Positions 47,526-58,170 are shown, numbered from the stretch's first letter. The stretch is DNA of 64,000 nt from Candidatus Udaeobacter sp. (GCA_035473115.1 DATION010000002.1:105368-169367), one strand, 5' to 3'. Translations and numbers: made by a program. The notes: generated by a model from the letters alone, not told the origin.

Positions 47526-49760
47526 TTACTCTAAAGCTCTTAAAATCTTTTCTTTAATATCTACTGAAGTCATCCCAGCTAACTCATATACCTCAGCCAC
47601 ATTACCGGATTTTAAATAATGGTTTATACCCAAAGCTTTTTTAGAATAATCCGCTGGTAACATAAATGGATACAAAAATCCTGGCCAACCATTATGCAAA
47701 GTAATTACTAATTCCCTTTCTTCATCTGATAAAATACTTTTCGCTTTAGTTGGATTAGTTTTTTGTAAATCTTCAAATAATTCCGGGGAAGTAACAGCTA
47801 TAATTTTTATATCTAATCCTTGCTTTTCCAGTTCAGGCAAAACTTCTAAAGTATTTAACAAAATTTGCATACCGCAAATTGCTAAAACCGTCTTTTTGCC
47901 TTTACCAGAGAATTGTTTATAAACATAAGCGCCATTATTGGCTTCTATGGCCGCTGGCACTTCAGCACGCTTTATTACCGGCTGTTCCGGCCGGTAAAGA
48001 GACAGAATAATTGGCTCACCTTTTTCTAAAGCGCCAAACAGCATTTCTATAGTTTCATTGGCATCTGTTGGTTTATATACTTTTATTCCCGGCAAAGCAT
48101 TATAAAGAGACATCCAATACATTCCTTGGTGGGTTGGACCATCTTCGCCAGTTTCCGGGCCGTCGTGGGCAGCCAAAGCAATAAAAAAGCCTTTGGTTTC
48201 GGGATTAAGTTGATTACCAATTACCGCCAAGCGAATCGCATTGCCCATCATATTGGTAAAAACGGCAAAAGTACCAAAGACCGAAACTGGTTTGTATCCG
48301 CCCGGCAAAATATCTTGCGTCAGTCCGGCGCCCATCATGGCCATATTTTGTTCAGCAATGCCATAGCGAATACCGCGGCCCAGTGGATTATTTTTGGAAA
48401 TCAATCCATAAACTTCTTCGGCAGAATTGGTATAAACAGATTTAGCCAAATCTCCGGCTCCAGCATAAAAAAAGGCGGTCTGTTTCATATACCAAGCCAT
48501 CCAGGCTTGCACAGCTTTGCGAGTAGCTACTTTTTCGCCTTCGGCAAAAACTAATTCCGGCGGCAAAACTTTTGGCCGTTTTATAGCTAGAGGATCAACC
48601 ATTGGTCGGCCGCGCAAAGCTTTTTTCATTTTTTCTACCAAAATTGATTCTGGCACAATTTTCTGCGCGCCGACTTCTAATCTTTCCAAAATATATTTTT
48701 CATCTTCTGGATTAATTTGCGCCAAAACAGTTTGAATATCCGGCAATACTTTCCCCGGTTCGCCAGCAATATTAAAGCCTAATTTTTTCATTATATTTAC
48801 ATAATCATCGTGCTTGGCCAGAGTACTGTGGGCAGCGGCAGTATTTTCAGTCTTGCCATAACTTTTAGCTTTTAAAGTATGACAGATAACTACCGTCGGC
48901 GCGCCATTGGCAAACCCTTGCGCAGCCAACTGATAGGCATAAACCATTTCCAAAACATTATGCCCGTTGGTTTCTATAACATTCCAACCCAAACCCAGCC
49001 AATGATTAATATATGGCGAAGCCACAACTTCTTCTATTTCATCATCGATGCCAAAATGATTATAATCTAAACTGACAATTAAATTTTTTAAGCCGTTGGT
49101 AGCAATGATATTTCGCGCTTCATAGGTCATACCTTCTTCGCTTTCGGCATCGCCCATAAATACCCAAGTTTTGGTATCCAAGCCGCAAGACTGGTGTACC
49201 ATAGCCATTCCGCCAGCTACAGCAAACCCGTGCCCCAACGGGCCGGTAGTAAAATCAGAATATGGATATTGGGCTTCGGCATGGCCTTGCGGGCCATCAG
49301 CATGACGAAAACGAATCAGGTCTTCAGGCATGACTGCTTTTACTACTGCTTCGCCAAATTGGCGGCCAGCCCGTTTTAAAACTTCGTAATATAAGGCTTG
49401 TCCGGCAAAAAGCAGATCAGCGCAATGGCCTGAACTCCAAATTAATCTGTCTCGACCAGGATTTTTGGGGTTGGTTGGATCAAAGGCCATTACTCCACTT
49501 AGTGTCATGGCCAAAAATTGCTCCACCTTGCTGCTGCTGCCCGGATGACCGGATTGTCCGGCTTCGACAGCAGCAAAAATAAGGCCGCGAATAATTTTGG
49601 CTAGTTTGTCTAATCTAGGAACATCTATGCCGTCTATGGAAGCCAGATCTAAATCTTCGATATTTAAATACTGCCCGCTCTGGACAGAATATTGCAAAAG
49701 GTTTTTTTCTTTCTTTTTAAAATCTGCCATTCCTTTTTTGTCTAGGAGGTTGTAGGGCAT
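47526..49760 (-). CDS. tkt: Transketolase (divergent)
   Basis: SGHPG, TTGPLGHG, GDAESEEG...N, GIAEQNM and GEDGPTHQ. Confidence 0.85.
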   Translation of the reverse strand: MPYNLLDKKGMADFKKKEKNLLQYSVQSGQYLNIEDLDLASIDGIDVPRLDKLAKIIRGLIFAAVEAGQSGHPGSSSKVEQFLAMTLSGVMAFDPTNPKNPGRDRLIWSSGHCADLLFAGQALYYEVLKRAGRQFGEAVVKAVMPEDLIRFRHADGPQGHAEAQYPYSDFTTGPLGHGFAVAGGMAMVHQSCGLDTKTWVFMGDAESEEGMTYEARNIIATNGLKNLIVSLDYNHFGIDDEIEEVVASPYINHWLGLGWNVIETNGHNVLEMVYAYQLAAQGFANGAPTVVICHTLKAKSYGKTENTAAAHSTLAKHDDYVNIMKKLGFNIAGEPGKVLPDIQTVLAQINPEDEKYILERLEVGAQKIVPESILVEKMKKALRGRPMVDPLAIKRPKVLPPELVFAEGEKVATRKAVQAWMAWYMKQTAFFYAGAGDLAKSVYTNSAEEVYGLISKNNPLGRGIRYGIAEQNMAMMGAGLTQDILPGGYKPVSVFGTFAVFTNMMGNAIRLAVIGNQLNPETKGFFIALAAHDGPETGEDGPTHQGMYWMSLYNALPGIKVYKPTDANETIEMLFGALEKGEPIILSLYRPEQPVIKRAEVPAAIEANNGAYVYKQFSGKGKKTVLAICGMQILLNTLEVLPELEKQGLDIKIIAVTSPELFEDLQKTNPTKAKSILSDEERELVITLHNGWPGFLYPFMLPADYSKKALGINHYLKSGNVAEVYELAGMTSVDIKEKILRALE

Positions 49761-49780
49761 ACTGGAAATTGAGTTATGTA

Positions 49781-51145
49781 CTATATTTCAAACTCTCTAA
49801 AATATTTTCTAAATCTATGATTATTCATCTCCATTCTATGAAAATATTTATCCGAAAACCCATCTTTATTTGAATGTTTTAGCAGCACCATATAAGAATC
49901 ATTCATTCTTTCAAAAAAACGTATCAAAAAACTCATCTGCTCTTTTGTTAATTTTCCACTATCCACAGTTTCCATAAATCTTCTTTGCATTCGTTCTTGT
50001 AGCATAAACAACTCTTCAAGCATCATCGGATGAGGTCTTTCTTCATGAGAAAAATGTTCTATAAAGTGCAGAACTCGTTCCTGGTTTCTATTAAATTCAA
50101 TAAAAAAATCATCATCTAAATTTAACTGTTTAACAAGATGCTGTAACTCTTCGCCTAACATTCCTTGCTGCATGATAAACTCATGAAATAAAGGATGTTT
50201 AAAATCTCTTGAGTGTAAGATCTTATGAACAACATAATTTCTTTCTTCTAAAGATTTAACTCTTTTGACATCTTGGAGGATTTTTTTATCAACTATTTGT
50301 TTGTAATACTCACCAGCAAGTTCTAAAAATTTTTCTGGGTCATACATATGAAAATCTACACCCGCCTTATCTTGAATTTCTTTTTTTAATTCATGCCTAG
50401 GCCCTATAACAGTTCCAGATTGTATCCACCACCAATCTTCTTTTTTATCTCTAGTAATAAAAATTATCGGTTTTTTTAACTCATTGGCCTTATCAATAAT
50501 TTGGTACCATAAAATCAAATCACCATATTCACGTTCATTATCTTTTGATGCATCTTTATAACCAGGAGGAACGTCATTTGAATATCTTTCTTTTCCTTCT
50601 TTATATATTTCGTCAAGTTTTTCCTTAAGGTATTCTTCACCAATACTATCTTTAAAAATCTTATTTAATTCACCTAAAATATTATCTTTATTAACCCAAT
50701 CTGGATGAGATTTTTCATTTTTATTAATACTGAGAGTAATCTTTTTTAAACAGCTATCTAATTCATTGCTAATTTCTTTAAGGTCTAAAAATGGATGTTC
50801 CTTGTGATACTTATCCTCAATTTTCTTTTGAGCATCCTTAATAGAGGTGTCTAAAATAGACCTTATTTTAGAGTAAGAATTTTTTAAATCAGCTATTTGA
50901 ATTATTCTTCTTTTATGAAACTCTAAGCCCACTTGATGCGGGATCCATATTCTATTTTCATCTTTAATTTTTTTAAGAATACCAATATATTTATCCGAGG
51001 TAGTATTGTTATACCTGTACAAGTCAAGCAAAACATTCGTGTCAAACACAAATACACACTCCTGCCATATTTTTTTTATTTCAGCATCAGAATACTTATA
51101 AAATTCTTTAAACTTATTCTTCATACGGCTTTTCATTAATAACAT
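49781..51145 (-). CDS. PIN-like domain protein (DUF4935/PIN_8-like) with a helical C-terminal extension
   Basis: FVFDTNVLLDLYR, WIPHQVGLEF, PPGYKD, YGDLILW and TRDKKEDWW; very AT-rich. True start may be 51136 or 51124. Confidence 0.75.
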   Translation of the reverse strand: MLLMKSRMKNKFKEFYKYSDAEIKKIWQECVFVFDTNVLLDLYRYNNTTSDKYIGILKKIKDENRIWIPHQVGLEFHKRRIIQIADLKNSYSKIRSILDTSIKDAQKKIEDKYHKEHPFLDLKEISNELDSCLKKITLSINKNEKSHPDWVNKDNILGELNKIFKDSIGEEYLKEKLDEIYKEGKERYSNDVPPGYKDASKDNEREYGDLILWYQIIDKANELKKPIIFITRDKKEDWWWIQSGTVIGPRHELKKEIQDKAGVDFHMYDPEKFLELAGEYYKQIVDKKILQDVKRVKSLEERNYVVHKILHSRDFKHPLFHEFIMQQGMLGEELQHLVKQLNLDDDFFIEFNRNQERVLHFIEHFSHEERPHPMMLEELFMLQERMQRRFMETVDSGKLTKEQMSFLIRFFERMNDSYMVLLKHSNKDGFSDKYFHRMEMNNHRFRKYFREFEI

Positions 51146-51240
51146 ACTTACATTATACCAATTTCCCTACACCTAAACAAGTTTCCTCTATCTCAAAATA
51201 AATGCTACAATTTAAATAGCTTAATTTTAAATAAAAAAAT

Positions 51241-51588
51241 ATGGACCAACAAAACCCAACTACCCAATCAGCAACACCCCAACCACAATCACCAAAACAC
51301 AACACTTTGATGGCTGTAGTAGCTTATCTTTTGTTTTTTATTCCCCTGCTTACCGATGCCAAAAATGATCCTTTTGTTAAATTTCATGTAAAGCAAGGAT
51401 TAGTATTTTTTATTTCTTGCTTGGCTGCCGCCATAATTATTCGGCTGCCAATCATCGGTTGGCTCTTGATGTTCCCAATAAATATTTTTCTTTTTGTAAT
51501 TTGGCTAATTGGGATTTTGAACGCTCTAAGCGGTAAACAAAAACTGCTCCCAGTGATCGGCAAGTACGGAGAGCAGTTTGAGTTATAA
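51241..51588 (+). CDS. DUF4870-like small membrane protein
   Basis: AYL..IPL...FVKFHVKQG...GILNA..GK...LP.IG pattern. Confidence 0.75.
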   Translation: MDQQNPTTQSATPQPQSPKHNTLMAVVAYLLFFIPLLTDAKNDPFVKFHVKQGLVFFISCLAAAIIIRLPIIGWLLMFPINIFLFVIWLIGILNALSGKQKLLPVIGKYGEQFEL

Positions 51589-51598
51589 ACTTCTTTTT

Positions 51599-52030
51599 TT
51601 ATTTAATTGCTTGTTGAAGTGCTTGTTCTAATTTTTGCGGCTCATCGGTGCCAATCCGGTATATTTTTCCATTCTTCATAATAATTTCTACGGCATCAAA
51701 ACCGGAAACATTAAAAATCCAGGTTGTTGGATTTAATTTTAATCTTATCCCCCAGCCATAATACCATTTATTTTTTACCGCTTTAGCTGTTGCTATTTCT
51801 TTAAGAACAAATTTTTTGCTAAATAAACCAAAGGCTATATGAAGATGACTGTCATCTATTGTTACAGTAAGCGAAATAAACGAAACTAAAATTAGCAAAA
51901 CAATAAGCATCACGCTAGTAAATCCCGAAAAATCAAAGGCTCTTTGTAGTAAAAAAAATAGATAAAGCGCTGCTATGCCAATGGCGGCAAACAATATTAC
52001 CTTTCCGATCTGGGTGTGCTTGTAGAGCAT
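51599..52030 (-). CDS. Hypothetical 2-TM protein with a PH-like domain
   Basis: Two TM segments followed by YGWGIR...IGTDEP. Confidence 0.7.
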   Translation of the reverse strand: MLYKHTQIGKVILFAAIGIAALYLFFLLQRAFDFSGFTSVMLIVLLILVSFISLTVTIDDSHLHIAFGLFSKKFVLKEIATAKAVKNKWYYGWGIRLKLNPTTWIFNVSGFDAVEIIMKNGKIYRIGTDEPQKLEQALQQAIK

Positions 52031-52107
52031 AAAAAAATTAGATAAATAACTATATTATTATACCAATTTTGGCTTTTTAAGACAAACAAATTCTCTACCC
52101 TCGAGGC

Positions 52108-52176
52108 TTTACAAAAAGGCCTTTTTGTGGTAGACTATTCGCACTCTGAACAACAAACCAAACCAACCTGCGGAGG
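52108..52176 (+). promoter_or_regulatory. sigma70 promoter with an internal palindrome, and SD for ORF 52183
   Basis: TTTACA-17-TAGACT (TG extended), palindrome ACAAAAAGGCCTTTTTGT at 52111-52128, and GGAGG at 52172. Confidence 0.6.
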
Positions 52177-52182
52177 GCTAGC

Positions 52183-52479
52183 ATGAGCCAAAATCTTGAT
52201 CTGGGCGTACGCCTCGATCTTGCGGCCATGCTTTCCCAGCGCGCCGCAACAAACGATCCCAAGAGCCGAATCAGCTCAAGGGAGATAGCTCGCGAAGAAG
52301 CTCGCGAGTATGACAAATTGAGGAATTCTGCAGAACGAGCCAGCATGGATCTTTATGACAGCCAGGCAACGTTTGCAGATCCGGAACATCGAGAACTATT
52401 GAGAAAAAAACAAAGGGCAGACTATGCCTTAGACGTTTTTCTCAGAAACCTAATCTCGAAAAAGCGGCCTGGTAAATAG
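52183..52479 (+). CDS. Small charged helical hypothetical protein
   Basis: 98 aa with its own promoter, SD and terminator; more GC-rich than its neighbours. Confidence 0.6.
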   Translation: MSQNLDLGVRLDLAAMLSQRAATNDPKSRISSREIAREEAREYDKLRNSAERASMDLYDSQATFADPEHRELLRKKQRADYALDVFLRNLISKKRPGK

Positions 52480-52550
52480 CGAGAGCAATCTCGCTACCGT
52501 CGGCGGCCCGTTGCCTGGAGACCAAAATCCAGCACGGGCCTTTGTTATTT
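52477..52550 (+). terminator. Double hairpin / terminator
   Basis: TAGCGAGA-GCAA-TCTCGCTA starting at the stop codon, then GGCCCG...CGGGCC-TTTGTTATTT. Confidence 0.7.
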
Positions 52551-52569
52551 ATAAACACAACAGTTTTGC

Positions 52570-53205
52570 TCAATCTCCAATTTTATAAAGGATGTTATTT
52601 TGTATATAAACCGGCATTTCCCAATCCAAATGATCGGTCCATGGATTATAGATCCATTTTTCTAAATCTTTATTTATTCTAACAATTCTAGCTGGTTCTC
52701 CAAATGCGTTCCGCACTTTTTCAACGCTCCAACCGCGCAAATCATTTCCAACATGACCAATTAAACTACCTCTCCTGTCTGTTTGCATTTTGATTTGTAT
52801 TTTTTGACTAAGATTTTCATAATTTTTACCAAAAGCATAAAAATCTTTTTCCCAAAGATAAACCGTTCTCCCAGCCGTTATCGTAGCTCCAGGCACAAAC
52901 GGATCTTCTCCTAAATCAAATCTAATCTCTCTTTTATAGGGAGGAGCAATAAATAAAAAAATAAAAACAAAAAATAAAATAATCGAAAAAATAATATATT
53001 TCCCAATTATTTTAATATCTAATACCTTCAAAACTGCTAATCTAAACCAATATATCCAATTTAAAAGTATAGACAAAATAAATACAATAAAATTAAATTT
53101 CCAGTTATAGCCTTCTTTAGCCGCAGCAAAAGAAGCAATTAAAAAGCAAGCTCCTATGAAAGTTATTATTAATGATGGTAAAAAATATAGATATTTCTTA
53201 TTCAT
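52570..53205 (-). CDS. Hypothetical 3-TM protein with an SmpA/OmlA-like C-terminal domain
   Basis: Three TM segments, then GWSVEKVRNAFGEP...EKWIY. Confidence 0.6.
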   Translation of the reverse strand: MNKKYLYFLPSLIITFIGACFLIASFAAAKEGYNWKFNFIVFILSILLNWIYWFRLAVLKVLDIKIIGKYIIFSIILFFVFIFLFIAPPYKREIRFDLGEDPFVPGATITAGRTVYLWEKDFYAFGKNYENLSQKIQIKMQTDRRGSLIGHVGNDLRGWSVEKVRNAFGEPARIVRINKDLEKWIYNPWTDHLDWEMPVYIQNNILYKIGD

Positions 53206-53208
53206 ACT

Positions 53209-55506
53209 CTATTTACCCCAGAATCTTCCCTGTTCAAACATCTGTCGTTTCCATTTATAAAAATCTAAATATTCACATAAAGTAAGCGGTGTATTGCTAG
53301 CCACAATACTATTTTCTTGAGAACATTGCAGATCGCTTGGAATGGCATAGCTAATATTCTGTTTTCCATTTTCTTCTTGGTTTATATATAATCCGTATTC
53401 ATGCATTCCCAAAACATTTGGATATTTATTTCTATCATCAAAAACAGAATGGCCTTCAAAATTACTGGCGGTGTTAATATTTAAAATTTGCAACAAGGTA
53501 GGTGCTATATCTATACCGGAAGCAATGGTGTTTGATTCTTTTGGCAAAGTTCCATCTGGCAAATACATCATCAGCATATTTTCATCATAAAAACTCAGCT
53601 TATCGGCATCCTTAGGGAATAAATTTTTTATATCCGCACCCGGAAAAACTGCATGATCAGCCACAGCTACAACAATTGTATTATTGTAATATTTACTCTG
53701 TTTAAATTCTTGCCAGAATTTACCAAAAGCATCGTCGGTGGTGTGATACGAATTTAAAACATCATTTTTCCCATCTTGATACGGCGTCACATCTTTGGAT
53801 AAATTAAATGGCGCATGCGAATCAATGGTCGACATCATCATCAAAAATGGTTCCTGTTTTTCTTTATTGACTAATTGCCACATGGCTGGAAAGAGCTGAT
53901 GATCGGAGTATCCCCAAGACAAGGGCTCGTCTTTGATAATATTTTTTAATTCATCCTGACCATAAATACTTTCGGTATCCATGCTGGAAAAAATATTATA
54001 TTTATTCTCAAACTCTTTTTTTACCGCTGTGATATAAGTGGCGGATTTAAAGCCATTATTTTTTAAGATGGTTGGCAGACAAAGCAAACGCAATCTCTGC
54101 AAATTTTTATTATCTTCAACTTCGGTATAGCCAGTCGGTGGCAAAAAAGAACAAAGCTGGCCGATAATGCCGTTTATAGTTGGTGTGGAAGCGTTAAAAT
54201 AATTTTTAAATACAGTTGTATGCGGATCACTAGCCATATTTTCTAAACCAGGCGTTAAGCCAACTAAATTTTTATTATAAACACTAGTCAAGCGGCTAGA
54301 AAAAGATTCAAAAAAAACGATGATTACATTTGGTTTTGTAATGGCAAATTTTGGCGGCAGGATTTTTTTATCTGATGTAAAAATTTTGTCTTTACTGGTT
54401 AAATAAAAATCATCTGAGTGGTAAAATAAACCAAATTTTTCTAATTTTTCTTTGGTTATTGGATTTAATTTAACTTCAATTTTTTTTCCTAAAAAATAAT
54501 TATAAAAATTTCTGGCCACACTATATTCCGGAGTGTTTTGAAAAGAACTTAAGCCAAATAAAGAAATAAGACTAATAGCAATTAAAGCTAAACTATAATA
54601 TGCCCATTGTCTAAAAGAAGTCGTTCCAAAAGATTTAATAATTCTATGAAAAATTAAGCTAAAAATAATCAGTACAGCCAAAGCGATAGCCACCACAGTT
54701 GCCATAAACCAGTTAAACCCTACACTGCTGGCGCCGCTGGCAACTTGCAGCATTAACGGACTTAAATATAGTCCGGTAAAATACATAATGCCAATATTTA
54801 CTCCCCAAAAAACTAGTAGAAAAACGAATAAAATAACCCACAATCCCAAGGCCAAGTATCGCCAAAATGATTTAACTTTCCAATAGATAAGGGTAGAAAC
54901 CGAAAACCCTAAGACTAAAAACATAGTTATTGCCCAGGAGCGGAAAAAGACAATATTATAAAATTTTAGATAAGGATCAAAATTGGCAAACCGATAGGCC
55001 GAGTATTGTAAAATAAAAAATAAGCTAAACAAGAAAAAAATTAACCTAAAAATATTTTTGTTTACCAATTTCCATTCTTTAGCATTGGGATGAAGCGACA
55101 AATACTGTTGAGAACGATAAAAAAACAAAATCATCACATATAAAAATATGCCGGCGCTAAGCATCTGTTGACGGCTAAAGAAAACTAAGAAAAAAAGCGA
55201 GAAAATAAAAAACAGACTGTCCAAAAATCTACCGAACTCCTTTTGCCAAAAAACATGCCTATTAAATTTAACCGTAAAAAACTGATATAGCCATTTGAAT
55301 ATCGCATAGCCAACGTAAACAAAAATCCAGGTAGCCAGAGAAATAAGAATAAATCGGCTATGTGGCCGATACGCCGTATGATACCAATTCCAACCGGCGG
55401 CAATAACAAAAGCGCCGACTATTCTAAAAAAAGTCGGCAGCTTGCCCGGCGTAGTATTAATGAAGACGGGCTGTTTTTTTATTTTATTTAAAAAATCTTT
55501 CAGCAT
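53209..55506 (-). CDS. LTA synthase family (sulfatase-like) membrane enzyme
   Basis: Multi-TM N-terminus; PNVIIVFFES, TPT, SHAPF and ADH motifs. Confidence 0.8.
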   Translation of the reverse strand: MLKDFLNKIKKQPVFINTTPGKLPTFFRIVGAFVIAAGWNWYHTAYRPHSRFILISLATWIFVYVGYAIFKWLYQFFTVKFNRHVFWQKEFGRFLDSLFFIFSLFFLVFFSRQQMLSAGIFLYVMILFFYRSQQYLSLHPNAKEWKLVNKNIFRLIFFLFSLFFILQYSAYRFANFDPYLKFYNIVFFRSWAITMFLVLGFSVSTLIYWKVKSFWRYLALGLWVILFVFLLVFWGVNIGIMYFTGLYLSPLMLQVASGASSVGFNWFMATVVAIALAVLIIFSLIFHRIIKSFGTTSFRQWAYYSLALIAISLISLFGLSSFQNTPEYSVARNFYNYFLGKKIEVKLNPITKEKLEKFGLFYHSDDFYLTSKDKIFTSDKKILPPKFAITKPNVIIVFFESFSSRLTSVYNKNLVGLTPGLENMASDPHTTVFKNYFNASTPTINGIIGQLCSFLPPTGYTEVEDNKNLQRLRLLCLPTILKNNGFKSATYITAVKKEFENKYNIFSSMDTESIYGQDELKNIIKDEPLSWGYSDHQLFPAMWQLVNKEKQEPFLMMMSTIDSHAPFNLSKDVTPYQDGKNDVLNSYHTTDDAFGKFWQEFKQSKYYNNTIVVAVADHAVFPGADIKNLFPKDADKLSFYDENMLMMYLPDGTLPKESNTIASGIDIAPTLLQILNINTASNFEGHSVFDDRNKYPNVLGMHEYGLYINQEENGKQNISYAIPSDLQCSQENSIVASNTPLTLCEYLDFYKWKRQMFEQGRFWGK

Positions 55507-55510
55507 GGTA

Positions 55511-55870
55511 TTATTCTTCCATTCTGTATTCTTTGTCGGCTCGGCCCATTTTTTTATCTTTGGATTGCACGCGCTGCTTTAATTTATATTTTTTTAATTC
55601 TGCTTCCAGATAATCACGGACTTTGTCTATCGCTTTATACAAATTTTCTTCCTGTTTGGCGGCAAAAATATTCTTGCCCGGTACATCCAGCTTGAATTCG
55701 GCGTTAAACATATCGCCTTTGCGGTGGTGCTGACTATTAACACCGACGATTATCTCTGTTCTGATGATGCGATTATTATAAAATTTATTTAAAGATTCGG
55801 CTTTTTTACTGGCATAATCTTTGATGGCTTGGGTAAGTTCAATGCCTCTGCCCGTAATTTGTATTTCCAT
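55511..55870 (-). CDS. Ribosome hibernation factor HPF/RaiA
   Basis: IQITGRGIELTQAIKDY...LYKAID. Confidence 0.9.
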   Translation of the reverse strand: MEIQITGRGIELTQAIKDYASKKAESLNKFYNNRIIRTEIIVGVNSQHHRKGDMFNAEFKLDVPGKNIFAAKQEENLYKAIDKVRDYLEAELKKYKLKQRVQSKDKKMGRADKEYRMEE

Positions 55871-55892
55871 AAAAAAATTAATTTAAAATATT

Positions 55893-56840
55893 TTATTTTA
55901 CAATTTGCACTTCCGGCTCCAGTTCCACGCCAAATTTATTATATACCCTTTGTTTGATCTCTTCAACCAAAGTCAATACATCAATTTGAGTCGCATTATG
56001 ATAATTTATCACATAATTACCATGCTCATCAGAAATTTTGGCGCCTCCGGAAGACAAACCGCGCAACCCCAGCTGTTCAGTCATCCAACCGACCGGCACT
56101 GAACCTCTCTGCAAAAATATTTCCGGCAAATCTTTGGTGTCTCCGGGCCATTTATGCAGTTTTAAATTCTTAAAAAAGCTGCCAGCTGAAGGAAACGGCG
56201 TATGTTTGCGCTGTTTTAAGTAAGCTTGCATGTTTTCCATTATTTTTTGCTTGTCCCCCGGTTCCAAATAAATTGAAGCGCGTAAAATTATATCTTTATT
56301 ATGTTTAAAAATAGTATCACGGTAAGCAAATTTGCAATCTTCATTTTTTAACCTGACAACTTCACCGTCACGCCAAATATCAACCCACTGGATAACTGTA
56401 GATATATCTTTGCCCATTGCGCCGGCATTGCCTCGTATAGCTCCGCCAAACGTACCCGGCACGCCCACAGCCCAATCCATACCAGCCAAGCTGTTTTTGG
56501 CCGCTAAATTCACTACCATGCCCAAAACTGTGCCTGCATCTATCTCAATATCAAAGCCAATTCCTTTGGGTGTAATTTTTGGAGCGTCATTAGTAGCAAT
56601 TTTTATTACCAATCCGTCATAACCATTATCATTCATCAGCAAATTTGATCCGCCGCTTAAAACAAAATAATCAGCGCCTTCTTTTGCCAAAAAATTGAGA
56701 AGTTTAACCAGAAGATCTGTCTTGCGGACAATAATAAAAAGTTTGGCCGGACCGCCAATTTTAAAAGTGGTATGTTTGGATAAAAGTTCGTTTATCTTAA
56801 CATCGCCAAACTCCTTTAATTTGTTATAAAAGTCATCCAT
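55893..56840 (-). CDS. murB: UDP-N-acetylmuramate dehydrogenase
   Basis: HTTFKIGG, GGSNLL, GVPGTFGGA..NAGA, SAGSFFKN and LEPEV. Confidence 0.95.
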   Translation of the reverse strand: MDDFYNKLKEFGDVKINELLSKHTTFKIGGPAKLFIIVRKTDLLVKLLNFLAKEGADYFVLSGGSNLLMNDNGYDGLVIKIATNDAPKITPKGIGFDIEIDAGTVLGMVVNLAAKNSLAGMDWAVGVPGTFGGAIRGNAGAMGKDISTVIQWVDIWRDGEVVRLKNEDCKFAYRDTIFKHNKDIILRASIYLEPGDKQKIMENMQAYLKQRKHTPFPSAGSFFKNLKLHKWPGDTKDLPEIFLQRGSVPVGWMTEQLGLRGLSSGGAKISDEHGNYVINYHNATQIDVLTLVEEIKQRVYNKFGVELEPEVQIVK

Positions 56841-56933
56841 AAATTAAGTAGATTTATTCTTGCTTTTTATTGCTTTTTCCAGTATGATAAGCACCATGAC
56901 AAGTATGAATATACCATAGTATATAGCAAACTT

Positions 56934-58169
56934 ATGCCGATTTCAAATAACCTATTAACAATACTTGCTCAGCACCTAGTATTTTATGTCTGCCGAGACT
57001 TGGAGCGAGCCATTGGAATTGACTTATCTTTGCCAAATTATCGAATAATTACCAACTACAACGAATTTTCGGCCAAACTTGCCCGGCAGTATGCAAATAT
57101 TACTTTAATTAAAGCAGAAAAACAACTTGATACCGCCAGTTTGCTAAAGCATAAACAAACACAAAATTTAATTAAAAAAAACGATTTTGTCCTGGTATTC
57201 AAAAATAACGTCATTATCGAAACTGAATGCAAAAAAAACGGCTGGAAATTATTAAACCCCGATTCAAAACTTGCCGATAAAGTTGAAGGAAAAATATCGC
57301 AAGTTAAATGGCTGGGAAGCTTGGCTAAATATCTGCCGCCTTGCCAAATCACTACTTGCGGTAAAATTAAATGGAACAAAAAAACTTTTGTTTTGCAGTT
57401 CAATCATTCTCACACCGGCAGCGGCACATTTTTTATAAGTTCAAATAAACAGTTAAACGATCTAAAAGCCAAATTTTTTAATCGAGAAGCGCGCGTAATG
57501 CCATTTATTAACGGACCGGTATTTACCAATAACAATATAGTTTGGGGAAATAAAATTTTAATCGGCAATATAAGTTTTCAGATCACCGGCCTATCCCCTT
57601 TTACGGAAAATAAGTTTGCCACTATCGGCAATGACTGGGCTTTACCCCATCAGCTATTAAACGCTAAACAGATTAAGCAATATAAACAAATAGCAACTGA
57701 AGTCGGAAAAAAATTAAGCCGCGACGGTTGGAAAGGTTTGTACGGCATTGATATAATTATCGACAAAAAAACCGGCCGATTATATTTACTGGAAATAAAT
57801 GCCCGTCAACCAGCCTCTACCACTTTTGAATCACAGTTGCAAAAATTAAATACAATTGATGACAAAGCAAAAATTTCTACCTTTGAAGCGCACTTGGCAA
57901 GCTTGTTAGAAGTTAAACCAAATAATTACCAACTTACTTCTATAAACAACGGCGCGCAAATAATCCAAAAAGTTACAACCAAAATAACCAAAATAAAATT
58001 ACCGCAAATTAATAATAAATCTACCGCGCAAATCATCAGTTACAATAATGATTCCCTTGAATCCGATCTGTTCCGAATACAGACTAGCGCTGGTCTAATG
58101 CAAACAGTCAATACATTTAACAAATTCGGCAAAGAAATCCGTTCGGCTATGCTGGCGCTTAAAAAATAG
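56934..58169 (+). CDS. ATP-grasp ligase of unknown substrate
   Basis: HTGSGTF loop, GLYGIDII and YLLEINAR. Confidence 0.75.
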   Translation: MPISNNLLTILAQHLVFYVCRDLERAIGIDLSLPNYRIITNYNEFSAKLARQYANITLIKAEKQLDTASLLKHKQTQNLIKKNDFVLVFKNNVIIETECKKNGWKLLNPDSKLADKVEGKISQVKWLGSLAKYLPPCQITTCGKIKWNKKTFVLQFNHSHTGSGTFFISSNKQLNDLKAKFFNREARVMPFINGPVFTNNNIVWGNKILIGNISFQITGLSPFTENKFATIGNDWALPHQLLNAKQIKQYKQIATEVGKKLSRDGWKGLYGIDIIIDKKTGRLYLLEINARQPASTTFESQLQKLNTIDDKAKISTFEAHLASLLEVKPNNYQLTSINNGAQIIQKVTTKITKIKLPQINNKSTAQIISYNNDSLESDLFRIQTSAGLMQTVNTFNKFGKEIRSAMLALKK

Positions 58170-58170
58170 T

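Noticed and set aside
52095-52346. 83-aa minus-strand ORF
   Set aside because: Antisense to ORF 52183, which has the promoter, SD and terminator.
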